A stretch of DNA of 64,000 nt, from positions 434,001-498,000 of the forward strand of contig JASTWF010000056.1 in NCBI GenBank assembly GCA_030390025.1, read 5' to 3'. This DNA comes from Squalus acanthias (Eukaryota). The notes beneath the pieces were generated by a model. It was not told where the DNA came from. It searched no databases and worked only from the letters and a program-made list of their open reading frames with translations. This document shows, in pieces, positions 24,912 to 38,140 of the stretch (positions are counted from its first letter, which is position 1; every line of letters starts with the position of its first letter). A program made the translations under genes and the position numbers.

Positions 24912-25674
24912 GGCCCAGAAATTCGGCGCTTGTCGGGTGAGTACGTGCTGTGTACTCACCCGTAAGGCCACTTGAAGTGCCGGTTTCCTGCATGCACTGC
25001 GCATGCGCGGGAAACCGGAACTTCCGGTCTCGTGAAGGGAGGGGTTCAGAGGTGAACTGCGTGCGCGGGAGAGGCTGCGCGCACGCAGCGAACTTCGGTT
25101 TTTTTTTCAGGTTTCTCCAGGAAGGTAAGTATGGAAGAAGCTGCGCTTTTAAAAAGGAGGCGCAGGACCCGTTTTTAACAAGGTAAGTGGTTAATTAATT
25201 ACAATTTAAAACATTTTTCAACAGGTTTATCTTTTTTAGATACTTTAAAGAAAGGTAAGTTTATTTTTAGCACCATTAAAAAGTATAATTAATTTTTTCA
25301 AAAATTTAAATTTTTGTTTAAAGTAGTTAATTTATTTAACTTATAGTTATTTTAAAAATGTGATTTTTTTTTTAATTTATTTGAAGTTTAAGTGTGGTTT
25401 TGGGGCCAATTTCAATTCATAGATTTGACAGGTCTTCCTGTCAAATCTATGAATGAAAATGCCCTGTTAGGATTGGCTCTCCATGACCCACGTGATCCCA
25501 GGGGACGCTTCGAACTAACTGCGCCCATGGGATACACAAGCACTGCGCGCCGGCAGCTGGAGGAGGCCCAGGACCCGAAGTCTCGTGGGCCCAAAACACA
25601 ACGGCAGGCGCGGTAGGCAAGTACGCGCGCGATGTTTGCACCCGCAGGAAGCCGGAGAGGCGAATTTCTGGCCC
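24912..25674. mobile_element. Harbinger-type MITE, CpG-rich ends and AT-rich core
   Basis: TIRs ggcccagaaattcg / cgaatttctggccc and TSD AAT. Sister copy at 55893-56646. Confidence 0.85.
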
Positions 25675-25811
25675 AATATATTTACAATCAATGAACTGCT
25701 GTTTACTTTTTTTTGCAGAGAACTGCATGGCCCTGATTTTTGCTTCCCTTGCGCCCTGGGATTGCTCAGTTCCTGGTCCCAAAGTAGAGGAAAAGAAAGC
25801 ACAGAGCCATT

Positions 25812-26892
25812 AAAACAACAACAGCAACTGGCATTTATATAGCGCCTTTAACATAGTAAAACGTCCTGAGGCGCATCACAGGAATATTATAAGACACGAT
25901 TTGATGCCGAGCCACAGAAGGAGAAATTAGGGAAGATGACCAAAAGCTTGGTCAAAGAGGTAGGTTTTAAGGAGCGTCTTAAAGGATGAAAGAGGTAAAG
26001 AGGCGGAGAGGTTTAGGGAGGGAATGCCAGAGCTCAGGGCCGAGGCAGCTGAAGGCACAGCCACCAATGATTCAATTATTAAAATGAGGGATGCTCAAGA
26101 GGGCAGAATTAGAAGAGAGCAGATATCTTGGGGTTTGTGGGGCTGGAGGAGATTACAGAGATAGGGAGGGGCAAGGCCATGGAGGGATTTGAAAACCAGG
26201 ATGAAAATTTTAAAATCGAGGCGTTGATTAACTGGGAGCCAATGTAGGTCAGCGCGCAGAGGTGATAGGTGAACGGGACTTGGTGCGAATTAGGACACGC
26301 AGAGTTTTGGATGACCTCAAGTTTACTTAGGCCAGCCAGAAGTGCATTGGAATAGTCAAGTCTAGAGGTAACAAAGGCATGGATGAGGGTTTCAGCAACA
26401 GATGAGCAGGGGCAGGGGCGGAGACGGGCGATGTAACAGGTGGAAATAGACGGTCTTAGTTATGGCGTGGATGTGTGGTCGGAAGCTCATTTCAGGGTCA
26501 AATATGACACCAAGGTTGCGAACAGTGTGGTTCAGCCTCAGACAGATGCTAGAGAAAGGGATGGAGTCAGTGGCTAGGGAACGGAGTTTGTGGCGGGGGC
26601 CAAAGACAATGGTTTCGGTCTTCCCAATATTTAATTGGAGAAAATTCCTGCTCATCCAGAACTGGATGTCAGCCAAGCAGTCTGACAATTTAGAGACAGT
26701 GGAGGGGTCGAGAAAAGTGGTGGTGAGGTAGTGCTGGGTGTTGTCAGCATGCATGTGGAAACTGACGCTGTATTTTCGGATGATGTCGCCAAGGAGCAGC
26801 ATGTAAATGAGAAATAGGAGGTGGGGCCAAGGATAGATCCTTCGGGGACAGCGGAGGTAATGATGCGGGAGCGGGAAGAGAAGCCATTGCAG
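25812..26892 (-). mobile_element. L2 LINE, 5'-truncated (RT C-terminus plus 3' tail)
   Basis: LLFLIYMLLLGDIIRKYSVSFHMHADNTQHY (YADD-like), WMSRNFLQLNIGKTE and VRNLGVIFDPEMSF, plus a (CAA)n tail. Confidence 0.92.
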
Positions 26893-28712
26893 TCGTGAAT
26901 GGTGGTGGACCATTAAACAACTAATGGGAGGAGGAGGCTCCATGATTATCCCGATCCTCAATGAAGTGGAGCCCAGCACGTGAATGCAAAAGACAAGGCT
27001 GAAGCGTTTGCAACCATCTTCAGCCAGAAGTGCCGAGTGGATGATCCATATTGGCCTACTCCTGAGGTCCCCACCATCGCAGAAGCCAGTCTTCAGCAAT
27101 TCGATTCACTCCACGTGATATCAAGAAACGGCTGAGCGGATTGGATACAGCAAAGGCTATGGGCCCTGACAACATCCCGGCTATCGTGTTGAAGACTTGT
27201 GCTCCAGAACTAGCCGTGCCTCTAGCCAAGCTGTTCCAGTACAGCTACAACACTGGCATCTATCCTACAATGTGGAAAACTGCCCAGGTATGTCCTGTCC
27301 ACAAAAAGCAGGACAAATCCAACCCAGCCAATTACTGCCCCATCAGTCTACTATCAATCATCAGCAAAGTGATGGAAGGTGTCATCGACAGTGCTATCAA
27401 GCGGCACTTACTCACCAATAAACAGCTCACTGATGCTCAGTTTGGGTTCCGCCAAGACCACTCGGCTGCCGACCTCATTACAGCCTTGGTACAAACATGG
27501 ACAAAGGAGCTGAATTCCAGAGGTGAGGTGAGAGTGACTGCCCTTGACATCAAGGCAGTATTTGACCGAGTGTGGCATGAAGGAGCCCTAGTAAAACTGA
27601 AGTCAATGGGAATCGGGGGGGAAAACTCTCCACTGGCTGGAGTCATACCTAGCACAAAGGAAGATGGTTGTGGTGATTGAAGGTTAATCATCACAGCCCC
27701 AGGACATCACTGCAGGAGTTCCTCAGGGCAGTGTCCTCGGCCCAACCATCTTCAGCTGCTTCATCAATGACCTTCCCTCCAACATTAGGTCAGAAATGGG
27801 GATGTTCGCTGCTGACTGCAGTGTTCAGTGCCATTCACAACTCCTCAGATAATGACGCAGTCCATGCCCACATGCAACAAGACCTGGACGACGTTCAGGC
27901 TTGGGCTGATAAGTGGCAGGTAACATTCACGCCACTGAAGTGCCAGGCAATGACTATCTCCAACAAGCGAGAGTCTAAATCACCGCCCCTTGACATTCAA
28001 TGGCATTACCATTGCCGAATCCCCCACCATGAACATCCTGGTGGGTTACCATTGACCAGAAACTTAACTGGACCAGCCACATAAATACTGTGGCAACAAG
28101 AGCAGGTCAGAGGCTATGTATTCTGTGGCGAGTGTCTCACCTCCTGACTCCCCAAAGCCTTTCCACCATCTAAAAGGCACAAGTAAGGAGTGTGATGGAA
28201 TACTCTCCACTTGCCTGGATCAGTGCAGCTCCAACAACACTCAAGAAGCTCGACACCATCCAGGACAAAGCAGCCCGCTTGATTGGCGCCCCCTCTACCA
28301 CATTAAACATTCACTCCCTCCACCGCCGGCGTACCATGGCTGCAGTGTGTACCATCTACAAGATGCACTGCAGCAACTCGCCAAGGCTTCTTCGGCAGCA
28401 CCTCCCAAACCCGCGACCTCTTCCACCTAGAAGGACAAGGGCAGAAGACACGTGGGAACACCACCACCTCCAAGTTCCCCTCCAAGTCACACATCATCCT
28501 GACTTAGAAGTATATCGCCGATCCTTCATCATCGCTGGGTCAAAATCCTGGAACTCCCTACCTAACAGCACTGTGGGAGTACCTTCACCACACGGACTGC
28601 AGCGGTTCAAGAAGGCGGCGCACCACCAACTTCTCAAGGGCAATTAGGGATGGGCAATAAATGCTGGCCTTGCCAGCGACGCCCACATCCCATAAACAAA
28701 TTAAAAAAAAAA
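26893..28712 (+). mobile_element. CR1-group non-LTR retrotransposon, 5'-truncated, RT pseudogene
   Basis: KAMGPDNIP, PVHKKQDKSNPANYCPISLLS, QFGFR, LDIKAVFDRVWH, GVPQGSVLGP, FADD-like ttcgctgctgac and MEYSPLAW. Frameshifted; ends in an A-tail. Confidence 0.92.
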
Positions 28713-29007
28713 ACAAAGAACATGAAAGTTTACTCTGCATTTGCTTCATTCACATTGCTATTTTTTACCAGTTAAGTTTTGGTGCTAAAGCACCGTGGAG
28801 AGATGCCAGAGTCCCAGCGCTGATGTTGGTTATAAGAAGAATGCCTTGCTGAACTCTGCACAAGTAGTTGCACCACCTCTAAAGCAGAGTAAGTTTTGTC
28901 CGTTTTTTAATCTGCGCCTACAGATAATTGGTGAACAATCTATTCCGCTGCTGGTAAGGAGGTCTGCAATTTCTACTCTATTGTTCGAGGTCTGAAATAT
29001 CCTTATT

Positions 29008-29129
29008 GGGGGTAATTTTGACTTTGTGCGATAGTGAAAACAGGTGATAGCGAATCGGTAGCCCATTTTACATCAACCAAAAAATCGGGAGATGTGAAGC
29101 GACCTATCATACAAAGTCAAACTTACCCC
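29008..29129. mobile_element. 122-bp MITE
   Basis: TIRs ggggtaattttgactttgtgcgatag / ctatcatacaaagtcaaacttacccc and TSD ATT. Confidence 0.8.
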
Positions 29130-29898
29130 ATTATCTCTTTTCTACTTTGCTTACAGCAGGTTAAAGTTTAAATTTAAGTCAATAATATTGTTATGTATAA
29201 CTAAACAGGTAAATATGGCTCATGCCTGCAACCTCCTTGGATAAATATTTCAGCCAATGTAATATAGTTGACAGCTATATCATACCTAGCAATGTAATGT
29301 CATTGATATTTTACTTGGCTTTCTTCTTCAACTTGGATGCCTTTTCCCCACACCTCCATTCCAATGTGATAAGTTGTTGAGACCACATTGACTGTGAGTG
29401 CCTCCCACCCCTTAGTTAGTGTTGAGTTGCCCTTCCAACAGTAGAGAGCCTTTTATTTCCTCATTCACTCCTGCCATCCAAATAATGTGAAAGGTCCCAT
29501 CAGTAAAAAAAACCTTTGTATGCCTTACTTTCTTTACACCAGCACGCCAATTGTGTACTCTACAACTGGGTTGATGCATTGAGGGTCTTTATAGACTGGC
29601 TATTTCCTTTGGAGTGGCTCCCTGTCATCACCGTAACTTCGCAGAGAGTGCGTCGGAAACCTGTTTATGCGCGTAAATTGGATTTTGCTGTGCTCTGACT
29701 AGGTTACGGCGGCGAGCGGGCAGCTCTGAGAGAATTCTCAGCCATATTGTTTACATTCAATCTAGGCAGTTGATGAGTGCTGTTATGATTATGGCCTTCC
29801 TCTTAATGCTTTAACTCATGTTAACAGCAAAATGGAAGTTTTTAATCGATAAATCTGAATCTCCTTGGAGTTAAAACTTTTATCCTTAGGGATACGTT

Positions 29899-30690
29899 GG
29901 GGGGAGTTTTCCCAGCACTGAGGAGACGGGTTTGGAGGCGGGACTGCCGGGAAAATGGCAGAAACTGGGAGCGGGTACCAACCCCGCTCCCAACCCGCCT
30001 CCGTGCCATCTTCCTGGGAGGCGGGTCCCCGAGTCGCGCAGGGACCCGTCTCCTCGAGGCGGGAAGGGGATTAGAGCCAATTAACTGCCTGTTAACAGGT
30101 AGTTTTGAGGATTTTCCCCATTTTGAGCCTTCTGCTGCGGGCTTCCCGACAGCCGCGAACATTGCCAGGGTCTGTGAGGCGAGCAGTGGGTCTGCAGGGG
30201 TGAAAGGGGTCGAAATGTAAGATGTAGAGGTGAGTAATGGGTGCAAGTATGGACAGGTAAATATGAGGTGCGAGTGTAAAGTATTAGAAAAAGTTTCCTT
30301 ACCTTTGCTTCTTCCTGCAGGCTTCAACCCTTGGGATCTGGAGGTGCCTCATCTCAACAGCAGAGATGACAGAATGGCTGCTGCATTCTCAGATGCTGCA
30401 GCCATCTGCTTTCTGCTGAGGAGAGAAGTCTTGGTGAGCCTATGCTCAAGGGCTCACCTTAGAACAGAGATGTCAAACGCTGACAATTCATCTGTCAAAA
30501 ATTGACAGATGAAGCGTCATAAGCTGACGTGATCTGTCACCAGCTTTCCCTTAATTGGCTGGTGGCGGGCTTAACAAGGCCAATCAAGGGAAAAGTAGCG
30601 TGCGTTCATCAGACGTCACTGGGGGCAGGACTAGAACCCAGAAGGCAGCAGTCCCGCCCCCAACTCATCTCGGCTGGCAAAATCCAGCCC
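29899..30690. mobile_element. Harbinger-type non-autonomous element
   Basis: TIR-like ends ggggggagttttccc / gcaaaatccagccc. CpG-rich ends similar to the ends of 5221-7285. Confidence 0.65.
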
Positions 30691-31497
30691 AATGGGATAA
30701 TATGCCACAGGATTAACAATGATTCTTCTACTGCCAGTTTATGTACTTTAAGGTGCCCAAAATGCTCTCTGGTTCACTCTAAAACTCACTAAATATCAGA
30801 CCATCAGACTGTTACTTTCAGGCTAACATCCAGCTGAACCACCAGAACAGGCAAATGGAGACTCGGTTTAACAGTTGACTCAAAGGATTGCACCATTGCT
30901 GGTGCAACACTCCCTCAGTACTGAAGTGGGTAAGAATTAAACAGTGGTCTCTTGGCTGTCTCAGGCTTCAATTGCTCTTGACTACTGATCTCCCCTCAGA
31001 GAAACCATTCTTAATGCTGGAAATTTCCTTGGGGTGGGTCCTCCTGATTGGCTGCTGTGACTTTGGTAGAAGATCGGCGGAAACCCCGGGCAGATGTGTA
31101 ACTGGAGTTTCCGCCAAACTTATGGCGGCCAATTGGGAGAACCGCTGAGGAAATTCTTGGCGGTAATGTCTGATAAAAGTCTGTAAGTAAAAGACCTATT
31201 ACTCTTCTAGGACCACTAATTCACCTCTCCCCTTCAAACAAAGCTTCTGTATCTTGGCGAATCTCCAGACAGCTTCTAAAAATAGTTCTTTATAATCACA
31301 CACGCATTACCCAATATAGCTCAGGTCACATAAAAAAAGGTATAAAATATACACTGTCTTCTTAAAGGCACCACAGAACTCTACTTCCATCACAAGTACC
31401 ATTATTGCATCTTATTTCTGACTAACTGGTCTGCTGTATGTTAGTTGTGAAGCATCTTCTTTCCAGAAATGGGTAAACTTGTCTTGCTTAAAAGCAA

Positions 31498-31522
31498 GGG
31501 GGGGGGGGGGGGGGGGGGGGGG
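31498..31522 (+). repeat. Poly-G run
   Basis: About 25 consecutive G. Confidence 0.9.
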
Positions 31523-31589
31523 AAAGAACCCTTAGTACATCTCATGGCATTTTTACAATTTAATGAATTGTATATTTACTTAAAATAAA

Positions 31590-31700
31590 AAATCTCCAAA
31601 TGCTGTAAATCTGAAATAAAAACAGAAAATGCTGTAAATACACAGCAGGCCCATCGGGGAAACCAATCAGTGAATGTTTGGGTAGAGACCTTCATCTTGA
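31590..31700 (-). mobile_element. Penelope-type terminal fragment
   Basis: atgctgtaaatctgaaataaaaacagaaaatgctg...cagcagg, homologous to 11636 and 23497. Confidence 0.5.
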
Positions 31701-32739
31701 ATGGCTATTCATTTATTTTATTTCAGCTTGTAAATTATGTTTCCCCTCTGTTTCTTTTCGATATGATATCTCTGTGCCAGATATAGTTACTAAGTGGGAG
31801 TGCCTGGATGAAATCTGTTCCCAGCCCTCTGCTAATATTACTTTAGAGCCAGCTGCTCCATAGCTTGTATGCAACACATGGGTTGAGTTAACCTCTGAAT
31901 ATCATCTCTTATTCTGTGGAAATGCCTTGACTCTGCATGAGCCCATCTCCATTAAAACTCAGCTGGACCGGAAACTCATCTTATGGGTAATTACAAAGAC
32001 AAACCCACATGGGCCAATCCTCATTCACATGTTAGTATCCCACACAATGCCACCAAGGTGCCTTGTAATAAGCTATTCAAATACCATTTCAATTGAAAAG
32101 CAGATGTAATTGGCAGCTTACAGACATTCAGTGTTTGGTTTACAGTCATTTATTTTTCCTCCTTCAGTTCCTCTTAATTTTTTCTCCCTTATCCCTTCTC
32201 CCCCCCCCATTGCATCCTATAGAAATAAAGGCAGGAGAATGACTTGGGGCATATTACAGAGAATTGCCCTGCAGCAGAATTAGGTGTGAGTTTCTGCAAT
32301 GAAAATAAAAATTCTTGCCACTGTTCTGTCTTTCTGTGACCAAAACAATGTTTTGTGACGCTGTGGATAACTGTTGTGTTCTGCAGCTCGAAGACAAATG
32401 AACAACTTTGTTAACTTTTTGAGCAATTGATCTCAAATTCAATCTGCAGCTGTCTTTACTACCGCAAATCGTGAATGAAATTCAGAATACTTGGGCGCTC
32501 ACTTGATTATACTACAGGAAACTCTCGTTTAAACGGCACCTAAATATCCGGAATTCTCTATTAACCGGCAAAATTCACACTCCGAAAACTCCTCTCAAAT
32601 AACCGGCAATGTTTCCGAGTCAGAGTCCGAGTCTCCCGCGAACGCCGAGTTAGTCAGTGGGGGTAGTTCTCCAAAGTGCCACTACTCGGCTTCCTGGCGC
32701 ATTTCGGAAGTCCGAACACTGCAATAACAGGAGTCTGAT

Positions 32740-32886
32740 TCTCCCGCGCTGCCGGAGTCTCTTCTGATCCACCATTTTACTGTGTGTCTCCCACCTGCTG
32801 GTAGTCTCTTCTGACCACCTTTACTGTGTGTCTCCCGCGCTGCTGGTAGTCTCTTCCTAGCCACCATTGTTCTGTGTGTCTCTCCA
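32740..32886 (+). repeat. About 45-bp tandem repeat x3 in the Tigger 5' region
   Basis: Unit of the form tctcccgcgctgctggtagtctcttctgaccacc(a)tttactgtgtg. Confidence 0.8.
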
Positions 32887-32920
32887 TCTTTATCGGGAAT
32901 TATCTCCCCCATCTTGCATT

Positions 32921-34678
32921 ATGGAATTCCCAAAAGCTGGTCCAAGCAAAAGGAAGAGTAGGGGTCTTAACTTTAAAACAGAAAATCGAGATATGCCAAC
33001 GACTAGAAAGGGGAGAGAAGCGTATCAACATTATGAATGAATTCAAAATCGGTTCGTCAACAATCTACGACACAAAATCGCAGAAGGATAAGCTGCTCAA
33101 GTTTTATTCAAGCTCGGAGACATCTAAGAGTGTAGAGAAATGACGTACGCTTTGTAAGCCTAAGCTTGAAGAGCTGGATACCGTGCTTTATGAATGGTTT
33201 TCTCTTAAGCGTTCAGAGGGTGTTCCAATTTCCGGACCCATGCTAATCGAGAAAGCGAAGGATTTCTACGAAAGGATGGAGCTCACTGACAAGTGTGCAT
33301 TCTCCGAGGGATGGCTAACGTGCTTCAAGTTACGGCACGGGATACGACGACTCGATATTTCCGGGGAGAAGAAATCAGCTGATCACGACGCCGCAGAAGA
33401 ATACTGCGATTATTTCAATCGGATTGTGCAGCAACATGATTTGTCGCCAGCACAGATATATAATGCCGATGAAACTGGCTTGTTTTGGAGGTTTTTGCCA
33501 GAATCAACGCTTGCTGGGGCTAGTGAGGCTAATGCTTCAGGTTACAAGAAAAATAAAAGATCGTGTAACCGTGCTAACATGTGCGAACGCTGCTGGATCA
33601 CACCGGGTTAAACTTCTTGTTATTGGGAAGTATAAAAATCCCGTGCATTTAAAAATGTGAGGCACTTACCTGTTGAGTACAAAGATCAAAAAAATGCTTG
33701 GATGGATAAGGAAATCTTCTCCTATTGCTTCCATCATATATTTTTGTTCCATCTGTGAGGGAACATTTCCGTAAAATAGGGAAACCTGAAGATAGCAAAT
33801 GCATTTTATTGCTTGATAATTGTAGAGCCCATCCACATGAATCCGAGTTGGTTTTGGGAAATATTTTCACCATTTATTTGCCACCAAATGTAACTTCTCT
33901 CATACAACCCTTGGACCAGGGTGTTATCCAAAATCTGAAGTGTCATTACAAGAAAGACTTCCTACGTAAACTGATAAACCAAGATGACAATATTCACGCA
34001 TTTCAGAAGGAATACAATATTAAAGATGCCATCTATAATGTTGCATGTTCCTGGAACTTGGTGAAAGGTCACACTCTGAGGCAAGCCTGGCGCAAATTGT
34101 GGCCTTCTGTAATGTTTGCTGAAGGTTCTTCTTCAGAGGAGGAATTTCATGGGTTCAATGTTCGCCCAAGAAGAGTACAATAATGGAAATGGCTGGCATG
34201 GTGAAAAATGTAGGCCCAGCAAACCTTCTACGTCACCTCAGTGAAAGTGATATCGAGCAGTGGGTTGATGCAGATAGAGAAGTTGGTGTTGTGCATATGC
34301 TAAGTGATGATGAAATAATTGAGAGTGTTTTGAATCCAAAGAAAGAAAAGGAAAGTGAGATGGAAAGTGAAGAGGATGAGATTTCTGAAGAGAACAAGAT
34401 TTCTTGGGCTAAAGCTGCAGAAGGATTTTCTTCAATCCTCCAATTTGCTGAAAGGCAGCCTTGCTACTCTGCCCAAGAAGTTATGCAACTCCATATTCTG
34501 CATTCACGTTTCTACAGAAAAGGCAAGAGTCCACTAAGCAAACCGACATCCGCAACATGTTTAAGAAAGCTTCCAAAAGAGTCGAAGCAGCGGAAGTGCC
34601 TGAAGAATCTGTGGAAATGCATGATCCTGATGACCCAGCTGGTATGGATATTCCTGATGACCAGTTGACTTGGAATAA
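32921..34678 (+). pseudogene. Tigger/Jerky-like (CENP-B family) transposase, disrupted by stops and frameshifts
   Basis: HTH regions VLTLKQKIEI...IGSSTIYD and [24 protein letters not shown]...FSEGWL.FK.RHGI. DDD motifs [20 protein letters not shown] and QPLDQG. Confidence 0.93.
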
Positions 34679-35015
34679 GTGTACAGTCAACTACAGTACT
34701 GTATACAGTCATTTATAAGTTTTGTTTTACTGTTAAGTAATTAAAGAGTTATGGATTACCCTCAACTAGCAGTACTGTACTTAATCAAGCATCTTCCACC
34801 ATCCATTTAACACAACATTCTGTAGGTGAGTACCCAAATACTGTATACTGCACATTTCTTGATTTTTTTATTTTTGTTTGTTAAAAATAGCCTCGGTAGA
34901 CATATCTCTCCGTTATCCGGAATTTTTATTCAACCGGCACCACCCCGGTCCGTCGGTGCCGGATACCAAAGAGTTTCCTGTACATTGCACAACTATATTC
35001 ATATAGATAGAAAAA

Positions 35016-35433
35016 AAATAAAACAAATTTGCATTGATATAGTGTCTTGCATATCCTCAATGTCCCAAAGTATTTTACAACCAATGAATTACTTTTGATG
35101 TGTTGTTCACTGTTGTTTTGTAGGCCAACACGGCAGCCCAATTTTGTGCAACAAGGTCCAACAAACAGCAATGAGGTAAACAACCAATAATTCTGTTCTG
35201 ATGGTGTTGGTTGAGCAATAACTGAGAGAACTCCCCATCTCTTCTCTGAATAATGGCATGGGATCTTATACATCTGCATGAGAGGTTTAACATGCCACTT
35301 GAAAGACGGGACCTCTGATTGCCGCATCCCTCAGTACGACATTGAGTGTCAGCCAAGATTGTGTACTCAGTCTTGGAGTAAGAGTTGTACCCACACTTTC
35401 TGAATCAGTGCAAGAGAGCTATCGCTGAGCCAA
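35016..35433 (-). mobile_element. Deu-domain SINE, diverged copy
   Basis: Reverse complement collinear with 18457-18900. Confidence 0.75.
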
Positions 35434-35489
35434 GTCTGAAGAAAGAATTAGACTGCATTGCACAACCCCTGCCTTTATATGAAGAGTGA

Positions 35490-35602
35490 TTACACAGAAT
35501 ATACAGCACAGAAACAGGCTAGGACAGCCAAACTGGTCCATGCGGTGTTTATGCTCCACACAAGCCTCCTCCCACCCCTCTTCATCTAACCCCATCAGCA
35601 TA
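35490..35602 (-). mobile_element. CR1 3' tail fragment
   Basis: agaatatacagcacagaaacaggc...cagcc...ccatgc resembles 61405-61460. Confidence 0.5.
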
Positions 35603-36354
35603 ACTGATTGTAGGCACTCACAACTCCTGTCTTCATGTGAGCAGTAACTAATATGCACACACGTTTTGTTGAAGATGATTAGAATGTTATACAAAGTAAA
35701 TAACTGGTACTTCATAATCCCTTTGTACAATGTAGAACCAGGATGCTAGGAATGAGAAGCACAGACTGACTGGATTCTTAGAAACTGGTGAAATTACATT
35801 AACTATTATTATATATATTTGCTTGCCTAGGATTTATAGAGTGAGGAGAGGGTTGAGTGAAAACAATGGCTGTGGCTAACTCCAGAGGTCTTTGTTCACA
35901 AAGCAGTCAATCTGTTGCTTTCGCTCACCCACTCTGCCAGCATAGCGGGAATCGAGTGCTTCCTATTCTCTGCACAACTGTAAACAAACAGTGACAAGGC
36001 AGTGACATTCCCCAAAATCTGCCCACCGATTCTGAGACAATGCTGAAATTAAAGTGCACGCAATTGCATACATCAGATAATTTTCTCAGGTCCATCGAAC
36101 TGGGAGAGTGAAGAATTTTCTTTCCTCTGGCACAACTACTGCGATCCGCAGGTAGAATTCATTAGATAATTGATCAAGTACACCTTGTGTCAGGATGCAA
36201 CACTTGTGTCCAGCCTGCATGTTCTTAACACCAATTCAACCTAGTCAACTAAAGGCAATTCAGCATTCCTGCACATTTCTATGTTTAGGCTCACAAATAC
36301 ACTTATCCCAGACCTCCGTTTTCTCCTTCCTAAAGGCCCGCCCGATCTGAAACA

Positions 36355-36880
36355 TTGTTTTTTAATTCGTTCATTGGGATGTGGGCATCGCTGGCAAGGC
36401 CAGCATTTATGGCCCATCCCTAATTGCCCTTGAGAAGGTGGTGGTGAGCCGCCTTCCTGAACCGACTGCAGTCCGTGAGGTGAAGGTCTCCCTCAGTGCT
36501 GTTTGGAAGGAGTTCCAGGATTTGACCCGGCGACAATGAAGGAACGGCGATATACTTCCAAGTCAGAATGATGTGTGACTTGGAGGGGAAATGGAGGTGG
36601 TGGTGTTCCCATGCGCCTGCTGCCTTGGTCCTTCTAGGTGGAAGAGGTCGTGGGTTTGGGCGCTGCTGCCGAGAAGCCTTGGCGAGTTGCTGCAGTGCAT
36701 CTTGTAGATGGTACACACTGCAGCCACGGTGGCCGGTGGTGGAGGGAGTGAATGTTTAAGGTGGTGGATGGGGTGACAATCAAGCGGGCTGCTATGTCCT
36801 GGATGGTTGGGCGAGCATCTTGAGTGTTGTTGGAGCTGCACTCATCCAAGCAAGTGGAGAGTATTTCATCACACTCCTTA
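36355..36880 (-). mobile_element. 3' fragment of the CR1-group LINE family seen at 26893-28712
   Basis: VAAVCTIYKMHCSNSPRLL and the shared 3' tail gggatgtgggcatcgctggcaaggccagcatttat. Confidence 0.88.
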
Positions 36881-36884
36881 CATT

Positions 36885-37637
36885 GGCCCTAAATTTGCAG
36901 TTGGTATGATGGTGTTCTCTCACAGTATGCCATCATACTGCCTTTGAAACTGACCATAACTTCAGGATTTGGTGCAGAAATCCTGAAGTGCGGTCTGTCG
37001 TTGACAACTCCGAAACTGCCTGTGCTGAGCCTCCCCACCACACAGCCGGCAATCAGTGAAATCTCGTAAATCACTGAAACTGAAGAAAACTTCGGCTCTT
37101 CTGCAGTAAGAACGCTGTTAAATTCCCCACTAAAAGTTAGACCCAATGGAATTAGGTGTAACTGGGTTTTTGGACAGCCTTATTACTGCTAAACAGATGT
37201 TAAGGGCCTGGAAAAATAATGTAAATTTTGTGCCTTGTGAAATTGTCTATTTTAATAAAAATTAAAAATGTTCAGAAAGTTTTCAAAAAAATTTTAAAAT
37301 TTGGTGCATTTTTAAGTTTGCCTTTTCCCCATGGTAGAACCCCAATCTTTCATTTGCTCTCTCTAACTATTTTAAAAAGTTAAACTTTTAAGGGCGTACC
37401 CACTACCTTGTTCGCTGTCTACAAGAATTCTGCCTTTCGATTGGCTGCTTAGACAGCCTGTTGACATCACAGTAGCTCGCACAAGGGGCTCCCCATTAAG
37501 TTCCATTGAATTGAATTGAATTCAAGGTCAGAAAACCCAAAGTCCTCGACACAGGGATTGCACGATCCCTGTGCAGCACTTACTTTGGGACCAGCAGCAA
37601 ACACCTTCACTTTACTGCTGACCTCAAATTCAGGGCC
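36885..37637. mobile_element. Harbinger-type MITE (family of 16743-17698)
   Basis: TIRs ggccctaaatttg / caaattcagggcc and TSD ATT. Confidence 0.8.
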
Positions 37638-38140
37638 ATTGGCTTTTATAAACCCCTTGCTTGTTTTCTTAATCAGGGACACCTGTGATGATTTATTGGG
37701 AGCTTAGCTGGCTGCCACCATCCCACTCCCCATGGTCCTAGTGCCCTAAAATAACAGGAGTGGATGTACACTTCATCAGAATAAATAATAGCCAAGGGCC
37801 AATGGAACTTTATTTTATTGACTGCTTAAATCAATCTCTCCACAATACTTGTAAACTCCACTTACATAAAAAATATTTTGGATTTGGAGTTAACATACTC
37901 CACATTACTCATTTCCCCCTTTTTATAGGTACTTGTGCATCTTGAAATGAAACTTTATAATACCCTATTTCTTCCTTCTGAAAGATATAGCTGCACTGAT
38001 ACAGAAAGTTCAAGTCAGAGATCCATTAGCTGCTATATTTATCCAATTCAGGTAGTGTGGGGATTGCCTATTTGATTAACATTATCTCTAATGGGAGCCT
38101 CATGTGCGTTCTGTTCATATCACAGGTATTAAAGAAATAG

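Larger units (their letters stand above)
32515..34980 (+). mobile_element. Tc1/mariner-pogo (Tigger/Jerky-like) DNA transposon, full length
   Basis: TA TSDs at 32513-14 and 34981-82. 26-bp TIRs caggaaactct...cggcacc with 20/26 identical. Encloses the transposase. Confidence 0.93.

Noticed and set aside
26392-27099. 235-aa minus-strand ORF
   Set aside because: It is a chimera of antisense CR1 sequence and L2 RT across the junction at about 26892, not a gene.
32740-32886. CRISPR-like array
   Set aside because: These are contiguous tandem repeats without unique spacers, inside a eukaryotic transposon.
32921-34678. Possible domesticated JRKL/TIGD gene
   Set aside because: It has multiple stops and frameshifts, and the TIRs and TA TSD are intact.
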